A stretch of DNA of 64,000 nt from assembly GCA_963816185.1 (NCBI GenBank), contig CAWFJJ010000030.1, positions 320,001 to 384,000 on the forward strand, read 5' to 3'. Below are positions 9,684 to 19,900 of this stretch, one piece after another; the stretch's first letter is position 1, and each line of letters begins with the position of its first letter. The stretch is from Thermoanaerobaculia bacterium (GTDB taxonomy: Bacteria; Acidobacteriota; Thermoanaerobaculia; UBA5066). Position numbers and translations under genes: made by a program. The notes under the pieces are model-generated. The model worked only from the letters and a program-made list of their open reading frames with translations, ran no database searches and was not told the DNA's origin.

Positions 9684-10342
9684 GTCGCCTTCTCCCTTTC
9701 ACGCGGGGCATTCTTCACGCCGCACAGGCGGTCGGCCTCGGAGGTCACGGCGTCGATCGCGACCTCCGCACGCGCGAGGAACGAGTCCTCGCTCTCGCCA
9801 TGGGTGCGCTCGAGCGCGGGCGCGAAGACGACGACGCAGCGCGAGAGCGGGAGCGGGAGGAGAAACCGGTCCCAAGAGCTGAGGAACTTCGGGCGGCTCG
9901 ACGACGACGACGACGGCAGGACGAGCCCGTTCCCCTGCTCGGCGAGCGCGAGGATTCCGCGCTTGCAGCGGCGCGCGGGCCCGCGGGGTCCGTCGGGAGT
10001 GAGCGCGCCGCCGGGAGCGTCCTTCAAGGCCTCGAGGAATTCCAGCGTGGCGAGGTCCCCGGCCTTCGAGGACGATCCGCGCGCGGCCTTGAAGCCCCAG
10101 AACTTCAGGAACGTGGCGATGATCTCGCCGTCACGGCTCTTCGACGCCATCGTGACGTAGCCCTCTCCGCGGTGGGCGAGGATCCCGCCCACCATCCTCT
10201 GGTGCCAGATCGCGTGGAGGGGCTTTTTTCCGCGCGCGCGGACGGCCGCGCGGTGCTCCTCGCCGACGATCGAGAGGCGCAGCGTCAGGCGGTAGACGGA
10301 AATCGCGAGGAAGACGAGAACGCCGAGAAATCGCTGGAGCAC
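9680..10342 (-). CDS. DUF374 / lysophospholipid acyltransferase-like protein
   Basis: WHQR, ASKSRDGE, RGSS, TPDGPRGP, SWDRFLLPLP; GTG start at 10342. Confidence 0.85.
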   Translation of the reverse strand: MLQRFLGVLVFLAISVYRLTLRLSIVGEEHRAAVRARGKKPLHAIWHQRMVGGILAHRGEGYVTMASKSRDGEIIATFLKFWGFKAARGSSSKAGDLATLEFLEALKDAPGGALTPDGPRGPARRCKRGILALAEQGNGLVLPSSSSSSRPKFLSSWDRFLLPLPLSRCVVVFAPALERTHGESEDSFLARAEVAIDAVTSEADRLCGVKNAPREREKAT

Positions 10343-10349
10343 GCCCGGA

Positions 10350-13058
10350 TTATGACGGCGGGTACCACCCGCGGCCCTCGAACCAGTACGTCGTCTGCTT
10401 CGCGAACGGCGACCTCGGGTAACGCCGGTGCAGATGCTCGAAAGCGGCTTTCGACAGCGCCCGCGTCTGGGCGTCCGCGCAGCCCTCGCGCGTCGCGCGC
10501 ACGGCGCGCGCGAGAAACTCGGGCGCGCGCGGGTCATCGGGGTGGCGCTTCGTGAACGCGAGCGCTTCGCGGCAGAACCACGTGGCGGCCGCACCCTCTT
10601 TCACGAACGCGTCGACCTCCTTCGCCGCCTCTTCCCGCTCGGCCGCCGTGAGGAAGGAGGGCGGGGGCACCGGAGGCGGGGGCACCGGGGGCTTCTGAAC
10701 CGGCGCTGAGCACCACCAGGCGATCGAAAAATCGGCATCGAGCACCACGTACGGGCGCATCTGGGAGTCCTCGAGCAGGACGGCGAGGGCCGCGTCGACG
10801 CGCCACTCCGGCCCGCCGAGCCTCGGCGCGCCATTCACGAGCGCCGCCATGCGCTGCGCGACGTCCAGTCGGCCGAGGAGAATCGCGCGCGTAAGGACGA
10901 CCTTGCGAAGTTTCTCCCGGGCAACAGGTTCGAGCGAGGACTCCTCGAAGAACCTGACGAGGCGATCGAGCGGAAACCAGGTGTTCAGGACCGTCTGGCC
11001 CGCTTCGTCGAAGAGGTCCTCCTTCCCTGCAATCTCCCCGTAGAGGTAGGCCGCGCGCCGAGGAGCCGCCAAAATGAACTCCTCGAACGTCGTCGCGTTC
11101 CTGAGCTCGAGGTCGAGGAACAGGTTCGTCGCCGACGACCCTGCGGCCTGCGCCTTCGCGATCGTCTCCGCGACAATCTTCCGCGCTTCGGCGCGCCGAC
11201 CGGCTTTCGTCTCGAGGTCCGCGAGATGGTACGCAAAATGGACGCGGCCGGGCGCGTTCCGGGGGAGTCGCCGGACGGCTTCCGCGATCTCCGCATAGCG
11301 GGGATGATCCGGCGAGATCTTCGCGACGACGGCGGCGAGCCAGTGGTTCGCGCGCGTCCGTGTCCAGCCCTCGAGCGCCCGGTCGAGCCCGGACGGCCCC
11401 TTCGTCTGAAACGCCACGATCCAGCTCGTCAGGTCGTCCTGAGGGTCGGGCACGTAGCGTTCGCCTTGGGGGTCGCCCGGCCCCAGGCCGAGCACCCGGG
11501 CCAGGAGATCACGGTAGTGGACGAAGGAGACCGCGAACTCGGCCTCGTCCTGCGGCTTCAGGACTCGCGCGGCGGCGGAGGCCACATGCGAGTCCGGTTC
11601 GAGATGCAGCTCGACGAACCTGAGGAGGTCCTCCGACCAGCGCCGGAGCTCCGGGGTCTTTGCACCGTCCCGAACTGCGATGAACCGCGCGCGCGCCTCG
11701 GCGAGAAGCCGGAGGTAGTCTGTCTTCTCGCCGGAGCCGAGCGTCGCCTGCCGAAGAACTGCCCGTGCCGCGAGGTAAGGAGCGATCTCGCGCCAGGGAG
11801 AAGACGCATCGTTGGCGATCTCCTCGAAGCCTTTCTGCGCCAGTTCGAGGCGCCCCGCGTAGAAGCTCGCCGACGCGAGCTGGTAGGCGCGGTCGGCGCG
11901 GAGCGGCGCCGGAGCCGAGGCGGGGAGGTATTCCGGGAAAGAAGGTTTCTCGTCGGAGCAGTTCGCGAACACGGTCTCCTGCGCCGCGAGCCAGCCCCGC
12001 GTCTCGGGAGAGTCCTTGCCATACCGTCCGACGTAGCTTTGGAGCGTTTTCGCCGCGCGCTGGAAGGCATCGTCCCCGCAGTTCAAATAGGAGGAGTAGC
12101 CGACCCAGCGATCCTTGGCGACCCCCGGCCCTTTTGCCCCAGTCGCCGCCTCGCGTGTCGCCATCCACGCATCCGCACCGGGCGAGCCCGGTTCCTGCCC
12201 CTTCCAGTAGGCGAGCGCGGCAGCCTGCTCTCCAGGGCCGAGCGGGATGCCGGCGAGGTAGCGGTACGACACGACGAGGTAGGCACGGATCCACGTCGGC
12301 TGGAGGACGCCCAACTCGCCGGCGGCTTCGAAACGCGGTTCCGTCCACCCCACGGCCGAGAAGAGGTACACGCGGCCGAAGGTCCGCACGAAAGGTTCGT
12401 CCGTCGCGAGCCCCGTCGCCGCCCGGCACTCCGTCGCGAAGCCGTCCGCCGTCGCGCGTGCTCGGATCGCGGCGGCGTCGGGCCCCATCTGGAAGAGCAT
12501 CGGGACAACCTCGTCGACACGCAGGGCTTCGAGCCATCGGTCCCCCACGCACCACGACGCGAGCGCCGTGAACGACAGGCCGAGGCGCTGGTCGAGCCGC
12601 CCGCGCAGCTCGGTGAGCACGGCGCGGAAGAATTTGCGCTCGGAAAGAGTCGCGTCGCCGTCGATCTGGACGGCCGAGACACGCGGGAGGCGCGCAGCAG
12701 AGAGCGCAGCCGCGACGACGGCCTCGCGCTGCGAACCCGACAGGGCGGCCCGGCGACCGCGGGAGATTTCGACTCGCACCACGGCCATGACCGGAGTCGT
12801 CTCATCCACGAGGAGAGGCTGACGCCGGCGGACGACGTGCGCCGCGTCCCCCGAAAGCCGGACGGTCGCCGCGAGAAACGCGACGCCCGCGTCCCGTCCC
12901 GCCAGAAAGCGCAGGTCTTCGGGGCGCTCCCAGGCCCAGATTACGGTCCGAGGGAAGTCGCCGAACGGGGAACCTCCGAAGAGAGAACTTCTTAGAAAGA
13001 GAAGAGCGAGCGCCGCGGCGATCATGCTCCGCGGGAGTGCGAACGGGTTGCCAGCCAT
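10350..13058 (-). CDS. Exported protein: DUF3142-like TIM-barrel-type N-terminal domain fused to a large helical-repeat domain
   Basis: WAWERPEDL, QIDGDA, ALASWC, DEVVPMLFQMG in the N-terminal third; TPR-like helices and LHRRYPRSPFAKQTTYWF at the C-terminus; start uncertain (13058 or 13025). Confidence 0.7.
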   Translation of the reverse strand: MAGNPFALPRSMIAAALALLFLRSSLFGGSPFGDFPRTVIWAWERPEDLRFLAGRDAGVAFLAATVRLSGDAAHVVRRRQPLLVDETTPVMAVVRVEISRGRRAALSGSQREAVVAAALSAARLPRVSAVQIDGDATLSERKFFRAVLTELRGRLDQRLGLSFTALASWCVGDRWLEALRVDEVVPMLFQMGPDAAAIRARATADGFATECRAATGLATDEPFVRTFGRVYLFSAVGWTEPRFEAAGELGVLQPTWIRAYLVVSYRYLAGIPLGPGEQAAALAYWKGQEPGSPGADAWMATREAATGAKGPGVAKDRWVGYSSYLNCGDDAFQRAAKTLQSYVGRYGKDSPETRGWLAAQETVFANCSDEKPSFPEYLPASAPAPLRADRAYQLASASFYAGRLELAQKGFEEIANDASSPWREIAPYLAARAVLRQATLGSGEKTDYLRLLAEARARFIAVRDGAKTPELRRWSEDLLRFVELHLEPDSHVASAAARVLKPQDEAEFAVSFVHYRDLLARVLGLGPGDPQGERYVPDPQDDLTSWIVAFQTKGPSGLDRALEGWTRTRANHWLAAVVAKISPDHPRYAEIAEAVRRLPRNAPGRVHFAYHLADLETKAGRRAEARKIVAETIAKAQAAGSSATNLFLDLELRNATTFEEFILAAPRRAAYLYGEIAGKEDLFDEAGQTVLNTWFPLDRLVRFFEESSLEPVAREKLRKVVLTRAILLGRLDVAQRMAALVNGAPRLGGPEWRVDAALAVLLEDSQMRPYVVLDADFSIAWWCSAPVQKPPVPPPPVPPPSFLTAAEREEAAKEVDAFVKEGAAATWFCREALAFTKRHPDDPRAPEFLARAVRATREGCADAQTRALSKAAFEHLHRRYPRSPFAKQTTYWFEGRGWYPPS

Positions 13059-13084
13059 GTCTCCCGCATTCTCTTACCTTTCTA
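12989..13084. repeat. Palindromic mini-element copy 1 (degenerate)
   Basis: TAGAAAGAGAAGAG (12993-13006) vs CTCTTACCTTTCTA (13071-13084), 12/14 complementary; left arm begins TTCTTAGAAAG. Confidence 0.4.
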
Positions 13085-13155
13085 CGCTCTTCTTGCTCCA
13101 TTCCGGATCCGCGCATCCGCCGAGGATCAGCGCCTTGCGGTTATCCTCAGGCGCA

Positions 13156-13782
13156 ATGCGCCTCGTCGCCGACAACCTCTCGCGCTCCTTCGGGCGCCGT
13201 GCCTTCGGGCCGGTCTCGTTCAGCGTCGAGACGGGTCGGGTCCTCGGCATCGCGGGAGAGAACGGGAGCGGAAAGACGACTTTGCTGAAGACCCTCGCAG
13301 GCTTGATTCGGCCAAGCGGAGGGCGCGCGAAGATCTTCTTAGATGATGAAAAGGCAGGGGATGGCCATGAGCCGCGCGATATTCCCTGGCGCATCGGGTG
13401 GGTGGCGCCGGATCTCGCCCTGTACGGAGAGCTGACGGCCGAGGAGAACCTGACCTTTTTCGAAAGGGTCCGCGGCCTCGTGTCGGATCCCGATCGGGTA
13501 CGCGCGCGGCTCGAGGGCGTCGGCCTACCGCTCGAATCCCATTCTCAGAAATCTCTCTCCTCTCTCTCCACGGGCCAACGCCAACGGGTCAAGCTCGCCT
13601 TTGCGACGCTGCACGAGCCCGACCTTCTCCTCCTCGACGAGCCGGGCGCGAATCTCGACGAGGCAGGGCGCTCCATCGTTCAGAAGGTCGTCGCGGGGCA
13701 GCGGATCCGGGGCATCACCGTGATCGCCTCGAACGACCCGCGCGATCTCGCGCTCTCGGATGAGAGAGTGACTCTCTCGTGA
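13156..13782 (+). CDS. ccmA: Heme exporter ATP-binding protein CcmA
   Basis: GENGSGKT Walker A, LSTGQRQR signature, LLLLDEP; overlaps ccmB; ATG at 13156. Confidence 0.85.
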   Translation: MRLVADNLSRSFGRRAFGPVSFSVETGRVLGIAGENGSGKTTLLKTLAGLIRPSGGRAKIFLDDEKAGDGHEPRDIPWRIGWVAPDLALYGELTAEENLTFFERVRGLVSDPDRVRARLEGVGLPLESHSQKSLSSLSTGQRQRVKLAFATLHEPDLLLLDEPGANLDEAGRSIVQKVVAGQRIRGITVIASNDPRDLALSDERVTLS

Positions 13783-14480
13783 GCGCGCCGCGCGCGGCTG
13801 CCGGAACCGTGCCGGCGGCCATCGCCGTGCTCCGGCGGGAGCTCCTCGCGGAGTGGCGGACGCGCGTGGCCGTGAACTCGCTCTTCCTCTTCGCCTTCGC
13901 CGTGCTCGTCCTCGTCGCCTACGCCGTGGGCCCGACGCGCCTCTCGCCGGAAGACAGGCCCACCGTGAACGCCGTCCTCCTCTGGATCGTCCTTTTCTTC
14001 TCGGCGATGACGGGTCTCTCGCGCACGTTCGTTCACGAGGAGGACGCCGGCACCGCCGCGGCCCTGCGGCTGTCGGCGCCTCCATCCGGAGTCCTCCTCG
14101 GAAAGCTGCTCGCGAACGTGGCGCTGCTCGGCGCGGTGACCGCCTTCATCGTGCCTCTCTTCGTCGTCCTCATGGGCTTCGAGATCAAGGATCCGCCGCT
14201 CTTCGTCGTCCTGCTCCTGCTCGGGACATTCGGACTCGCTTCGGCGTCCACGTTCACGGCGGCTCTCGTTTCGAAGGCGAGCGCCAAAGGCGCGCTCTTC
14301 GCCGTGCTGGCGATCCCGCTCCTCCTCCCGCCTCTCGTCGGCGCCGTCCTCGCGACGCGGGTCGCGGCGACGCAGGCGGAATTCTCGGCCGGGCTCGATT
14401 TCGCGCGGCTCCTCGTCGCTTACGACGGCGTCGTCACGACGGCCTCTTTCCTGCTCTTCGACGCCGTCTGGCGCGAGTGA
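13779..14480 (+). CDS. ccmB: Heme exporter permease CcmB
   Basis: Six TM helices, RTFVHEEDAGT...LLGKLLAN, VLAIPLLLP. Confidence 0.9.
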   Translation: MSAPRAAAGTVPAAIAVLRRELLAEWRTRVAVNSLFLFAFAVLVLVAYAVGPTRLSPEDRPTVNAVLLWIVLFFSAMTGLSRTFVHEEDAGTAAALRLSAPPSGVLLGKLLANVALLGAVTAFIVPLFVVLMGFEIKDPPLFVVLLLLGTFGLASASTFTAALVSKASAKGALFAVLAIPLLLPPLVGAVLATRVAATQAEFSAGLDFARLLVAYDGVVTTASFLLFDAVWRE

Positions 14481-14483
14481 TCC

Positions 14484-15737
14484 GTGGCTGAAGCCGGCGC
14501 CCTTCCCGGCCTCCTCGAAGTGGCCACGATGGTCCACCTCGTTCTCGGGATGCTGCGCGCCGTCCTCGGCTCCCGCGGCACCAAGGCGAAGATCGCTTCC
14601 TTTCCGTCGTTCCTCGCGGCGACGACACCGTGGATCTTCCCGGGGACCGTCGCGGTGCTCGCCGTCGTCCTCGCCGACCTTTTCTGGTACGCCGCAGCCG
14701 GCTTTCTCCTGCGCGGCCGTGAAACCGCCCCGCCGGCGCGGCGCCCGACGCCGACGACGACGCTGCGCGTTCTCGGCGTGCGGCGCGAGACCGACGAGAT
14801 CCGGACCTTCCGGCTCGAGCGCCCGCCGGGCTTCGACTTCCAACCCGGGCAGTACCTTACGGTCGTCGTGCCCGTCGAGGGCAAGCTCGTCTCGCGCTGC
14901 TACTCGATCTGCTCTGCGCCGGACGAGACCGGGCACCTCGAGATCTCCGTGCGGCGGCAGGGCCTCGTCTCGGCGGCGCTGCACGAGAGCGTCCGCTCGG
15001 GGGGCGCGATCGCGGCGCGTAAGCCGGCCGGAAAATTCGTCTACCCGGGAGACAGCCAGCGGCCGATCGTCCTGCTCGGCGGCGGAGTCGGGATCACGCC
15101 GCTCCTCGCGATGCTCCGGCACGCGGCCGCCGCCGATCCCGGCCGTGAGGTCACGCTCCTCCTCTCCGTCCGCACGGGCATGCAGATTCCCTTCAAGGCC
15201 GAGCTCGACGACCTAGGCCGGCGCCCCGGACTGCGTGTCGTCGTCACGGCCACGCGGGGCGGCGCCGTGCCTCCCGTCCGTTCGGGCCGGCTGGACCTCG
15301 ACTTCGTGAAGCGCGAGATCCGCGACCCGGCAGCCTGCGTCTTCTGTATGTGCGGCCCCGGGGAGATGATCGAAGGTTTCAAGAAAGGCCTCCCGACGCT
15401 CGGCGTGCCGCCCGGACAGGTGCGAGCCGAGGCGTTCGAGGCAGCCAAGCACGGGCCGGGAGCGCACACGGCGGCCGGGCCCTTCACGCTCGAGCTGACG
15501 GTGAGCGGAAAGACCGTGATTGTCGCCCCCGGGGCGACGCTTCTCGAGGCGGCCGAGGCGGCGGGGGCTGACATCCCCTCGTCCTGCCGCGCCGGCGTCT
15601 GCCAGACCTGCCGGACCAGAGTGGTCTCGGGCGACGTCGACTGCCCCGCCGACTGCACCGACGACGCGGACCGGCGCGACGGCTGGATCTACCCGTGCGT
15701 CGCCTGGCCGAAGTCGAACTGCACGCTCGAAGCCTGA
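14484..15737 (+). CDS. FNR-family FAD/NAD(P)-binding oxidoreductase with C-terminal 2Fe-2S ferredoxin and N-terminal hydrophobic anchor
   Basis: FQPGQY, RCYSICS, GGGVGITP, MCGP, CRAGVCQTC...C; ~75 hydrophobic residues at the N-terminus. Confidence 0.9.
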   Translation: MAEAGALPGLLEVATMVHLVLGMLRAVLGSRGTKAKIASFPSFLAATTPWIFPGTVAVLAVVLADLFWYAAAGFLLRGRETAPPARRPTPTTTLRVLGVRRETDEIRTFRLERPPGFDFQPGQYLTVVVPVEGKLVSRCYSICSAPDETGHLEISVRRQGLVSAALHESVRSGGAIAARKPAGKFVYPGDSQRPIVLLGGGVGITPLLAMLRHAAAADPGREVTLLLSVRTGMQIPFKAELDDLGRRPGLRVVVTATRGGAVPPVRSGRLDLDFVKREIRDPAACVFCMCGPGEMIEGFKKGLPTLGVPPGQVRAEAFEAAKHGPGAHTAAGPFTLELTVSGKTVIVAPGATLLEAAEAAGADIPSSCRAGVCQTCRTRVVSGDVDCPADCTDDADRRDGWIYPCVAWPKSNCTLEA

Positions 15738-15746
15738 TTCGTGATC

Positions 15747-15761
15747 TGAGACACAGTCTCA
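15747..15761. promoter_or_regulatory. Palindrome TGAGAC-N3-GTCTCA, candidate activator (enhancer) site
   Basis: Perfect 6-bp inverted repeat ~100 bp upstream of the candidate sigma54 element; overlaps a CRP/FNR-like CGTGA-N6-ACACA (15740-15755). Confidence 0.4.
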
Positions 15762-15857
15762 ACGTTAGGCTCGGACACTTTGAGATAAAGCCGAGCCGAG
15801 GCTCGGACTGTCCGGTACGTACGCTTCGGCGTCCCATTTGCCCATCGGCTGCATCTC

Positions 15858-15873
15858 GGGAACAGATCTTGCT
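15858..15873 (+). promoter_or_regulatory. Candidate sigma54 (-24/-12) promoter
   Basis: GGGAACAGATCTTGCT fits TGGCAC-N5-TTGCW with exact GG-N10-GC spacing; AAGGAG RBS follows at 15901. Confidence 0.5.
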
Positions 15874-15915
15874 TTTCGGGAGCAGATTCCGGATTTTTGA
15901 AAGGAGTACAGGGGA

Positions 15916-16902
15916 TTGGACTACGTGGCGAACCCGAAGAAGGGTACCCGTCGGATCTCCGCCTCGCCTCCAACATTCCTCGGTCCCTCCTCCGTCGTCC
16001 CGACGCTCACTGCCGCACGCGCCGCCTCCGCGAAGGTGAAGCGCGACGCCTGGCTTCCGATGGCCTCCCTCTCGCACGCCCTCGCCCTCGCATTCCTCGT
16101 GAGCCTCGGCCTCGTCGCCTTCGTGTTCGTGAAGCTGGGCGGATGGCAGTACTACTTCGCTCCGGAGGCGACACGCGGCTACATCCCGGCACACAAGCTC
16201 CTACACCCCGCCGGGCGCGCCGGCGAGATGTTCGGGATCGCGGGCCTCCTCATCATGTGCATGACCCTCGTCTACGCCGCGCGCAAGAAGTTCCGCGGCC
16301 TCTCGAAGATCGGCACGACGAAGACCTGGCTCGAGATCCACATCTTTTGCGGCCTCGTGGGTCCCGTGCTCGTGACGCTCCATACCGCGATGAAGTTCAA
16401 CGGCGTCGTCTCGATCGCGTACTGGTCGATGATCCTCGTCGTCCTGTCCGGCTTCATCGGGCGCTATCTCTACGTGCGGATCCCGAAGACGCTTCGCGGG
16501 ACCGAAATCTCTCTCGAGGAGCTCGACGCGCGCGCCATCGAGCTCAAGGGCCAGCTCGCGGCCGAAGGTCTTGCGACCGTCCTTCTACGCCGGATCGAGG
16601 AGCTCGAGCAAGGTTCACGCTCGGGGGGCTTCATCCTCGGGGACTTCAGGCTCGGACGAGGACTCGCTCAGCTCCACAAGGAGCTCGCTCAGGCCGGTAT
16701 TTCGCCTACGCGCCTCGTCGCCGCCGACCGGCTCATCCGCGAGCGGGTGACGCTTCTCAGGCGCATCGCGACGCTCGACACCTCCAAGAAGCTCTTCCAC
16801 CTCTGGCACGTCTTCCACAAGCCGTTCGTCTACGTGATGCTCGCGATCGCCGCGGTCCATGTCGCGGTCGCGCTGTACTTCGGCTACGCGGGCCACTGGT
16901 GA
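15916..16902 (+). CDS. Inner-membrane protein with conserved His pairs, ferric-reductase-like / putative b-type cytochrome
   Basis: TM helices with WLEIHIFCGLVGPVLVTLH and WHVFHKPF...AAVH; stop overlaps the cytochrome start (GTGA). Confidence 0.75.
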   Translation: MDYVANPKKGTRRISASPPTFLGPSSVVPTLTAARAASAKVKRDAWLPMASLSHALALAFLVSLGLVAFVFVKLGGWQYYFAPEATRGYIPAHKLLHPAGRAGEMFGIAGLLIMCMTLVYAARKKFRGLSKIGTTKTWLEIHIFCGLVGPVLVTLHTAMKFNGVVSIAYWSMILVVLSGFIGRYLYVRIPKTLRGTEISLEELDARAIELKGQLAAEGLATVLLRRIEELEQGSRSGGFILGDFRLGRGLAQLHKELAQAGISPTRLVAADRLIRERVTLLRRIATLDTSKKLFHLWHVFHKPFVYVMLAIAAVHVAVALYFGYAGHW

Positions 16903-19900
16903 GGGCACGCCTCCTCGGGCTCGCGTCGGTCCTCGCTTCGCTCGTGCTGGCGGCACACGCGGACGCGCAGGGCCTCGGGACCCTCGTCTCCCCTGGCAAG
17001 CTCTCGAAGGCGCACGCGAACCTCGAAGGCCTCGACAAGTGCCAGACCTGCCACGAGCCGGGCCGCCAGGTCACCGCCGCCAGGTGTCTCGCCTGCCACA
17101 AGCCCGTCGCCGAGCGCATCAAGGCGAAGAAGGGAGTCCACCGGAACGCCACGGGCGACGACTGCGCGAGCTGCCACGTCGAGCATGCAGGTCTCGACGG
17201 AGACCTCCGTCACTTCACGCCGAAGGGCTTCGACCACACGGGCGAGGCCGGGTTCGCTCTCGACGGCCTCCACGCGCCGCTCGAGTGCAATACCTGCCAC
17301 AAGACACGCTCGTACCTCGGCCTCTCCGCGTCGTGCGCCTCCTGCCACAAAGACGTCCACAACGGGACTCTCGGCGCAACGTGCCAGACGTGCCACGCGA
17401 CGAGCGTCGCCTTCAAGGACACGCGAAAGGGGTTCGACCACTCCCGGACGAAGTACCCGCTGACCGGCGCCCACACGAAGACTCCCTGCGAGAGCTGCCA
17501 CAACGTCAAGGGCGAGTACCGAATCGCGCGCTTCGCCGTCTGCGAGGGCTGCCACAAGAACCCCCACCAGCCGGCGCTCGGGACGTGCACGACGTGTCAC
17601 GTCACGACGAGCTTCAAGGAGCCCGCTGAGGGCCGGAGGTTCGACCACGCGAAGACGGGCTATCCGCTCCGCGGCCGCCACGCGAGCGTCGCCTGCCAGA
17701 CGTGCCACGTGAAGCCGGCGACGGTCGTGCGCCTCAGGTACGCGCGCTGCGCCGACTGCCACCAGGACGTCCACAAGGGCCTCTTCCCCCGCGAGGATTG
17801 CGCGTCCTGCCACACGGAGAGCGGGTTTGCGCCCGCGAAATTCGATCATGGGACGCGCACGAAGTTCCCCCTCGACGGCAAGCACGCGGCCACGCCTTGC
17901 CTTGCCTGCCATAAGCAGGCGGGAGCACAGGTGCGTGCTCCCCGCGCGCAGCGGGTCGTCGACTTCCGCGGCGCGAAGGCGGCGTGCGCCTCCTGCCACA
18001 AAGACGCCCACAAGGGGAAGCTCGGCTCGAGCTGCCAGACCTGTCACGGAACGACCTCCTTCAAGGTTTCGGAGTTCCGGCACCCGCGCCAGCCCGAGTT
18101 CTTCGAGGGCGCGCATGCGGGCGTCGCGTGCGAGAAGTGCCATCTCCCGGAGCCGGCGTCCCGAACCGACCTCGCGAAGGGCGCCGCGGCACCCGCGGCC
18201 GCGCGGCAGTACAGAGGCGTGTCGTTCCAGTGCGCGAGCTGCCACAAGGACCCGCATCTCGGGCAGGTGGGTCCGGACTGCGCGGCGTGCCACAGCCTCG
18301 CGACGAAGGGCTACAAGCCCGACCTCTTCGTCCACACGCGCGCGAAGTTCGCGCTCACGGGCAAACATGAGACGGTCCCTTGCGCGAAGTGCCACGCGAA
18401 GGAGACCGGGACGTTCCCCGCGGGCAAAGGCACGGCGGTCCGCCTCACGGGCCTCTCGACGGAGTGCCGAACCTGCCACAAGGACCCGCACCTCGGGCAG
18501 CTTTCGCCGCGCTGCGAGACGTGCCACGACGCCGCATCGTTCCGGATCGCGAAGTTCACGCATCCCGCGAAGAAGGAGACCGAGGGCTTCTTCGTCGGCA
18601 AGCATGCGGCGATCGCATGCGCCGAGTGCCACCCGAAGGAGACGATGGATTACCCCGCGGGCCGCGGAACCGCCGTTCAATATTCGGTCCCGGTCGATTG
18701 CGCGCACTGCCACGAGGACGCGCACAAGGGCGCCTTGGGGCGCGACTGCGCGTCCTGCCACAACGCGAACCAGTGGCGGACCGCCTCGCGCGCCTTTCAC
18801 AAAACAGCCGCCTTCTCGCTCGAGGGCAAGCACATCTCGGTCCCGTGCGCGTCCTGCCACCTGAAAGGCGTCCTCAAGGGCACGCCCACGGGCTGCTACG
18901 ACTGCCATTGGATCCGCAAGCCCGACGACCGCTTCAAGACGAAGCTCGGGAGCGACTGCCAGACGTGCCACCGGCCGATCGGCTGGACCGCCGTCACGTG
19001 GAGCCACACGTCCGCGACGGGATTCACGCTCGAGACGCCCCACAAGACGCTCGACTGCGAGTCCTGCCACAAGAGTCAGGTCTTCCCGGGGACGCCCCGG
19101 GACTGCTACTCCTGCCATCGGGCGGACTACGAGCGCGTCCAGAACCCGAACCACGTCGCAGGCGGCTTCCCGACGGATTGCACCGGTTGCCACAAACCGA
19201 CTGCCCCGACGTGGCGGGGCGCGACGTTCACCCACGCGACCTTCCCGCTCGCCGGCGTCCACGCGACGCAGGCCTGCGCCTCGTGCCACGTGAACAACAT
19301 CTACAAGGGAACGCCGCGCGACTGTTTCTCCTGCCATCGGACGGACTACCAGAATTCGAAAAACCCGCCCCACGCTGCCGCCGCGTTCCCGACCACGTGC
19401 GACTCGTGCCACAAATTCTCCGATCCGAACTGGCAGGGCGCGGGTTTCAACCACAACTCGGCGACGACGTTCCCGCTGGTCGGGCCGCACGTCACGGCGC
19501 CGTGCGCAAGCTGCCACGTCAACGGCAACTACACGACCGTCCCGACGACCTGCTACGGCTGCCACCAGAAGGACTCGGCGGGCGCCACGACTCCGGTGAA
19601 CCATTCCGGCCTGCCGACGACGTGCGAGAGCTGCCACAAGAACACGGACACGACCTGGCTGCTGGCGACGGCCTTCAACCACTCGACGTACTTCGCGCTG
19701 GCCGGCGCCCACGTCACCGCAGCTTGCGCCCAGTGCCACACGAACGGCAACTTCACGACCCTGCAGTCGACCCCGACGCCTTGCGCGACCTGCCACCAGA
19801 ACGACTACAACACGGCGAAGACGCCCGTGGACCACGTCGCGTCAGGCTTCTCGACCACCTGCGACTCGTGCCACAAGTTCTCCGACACGACGTGGATGCA

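Noticed and set aside
15897-16898. N-terminal 334 codons of the 1917-aa ORF as part of the cytochrome
   Set aside because: This is an alternative frame of the membrane-protein gene; the signal peptide starts at GTG 16899
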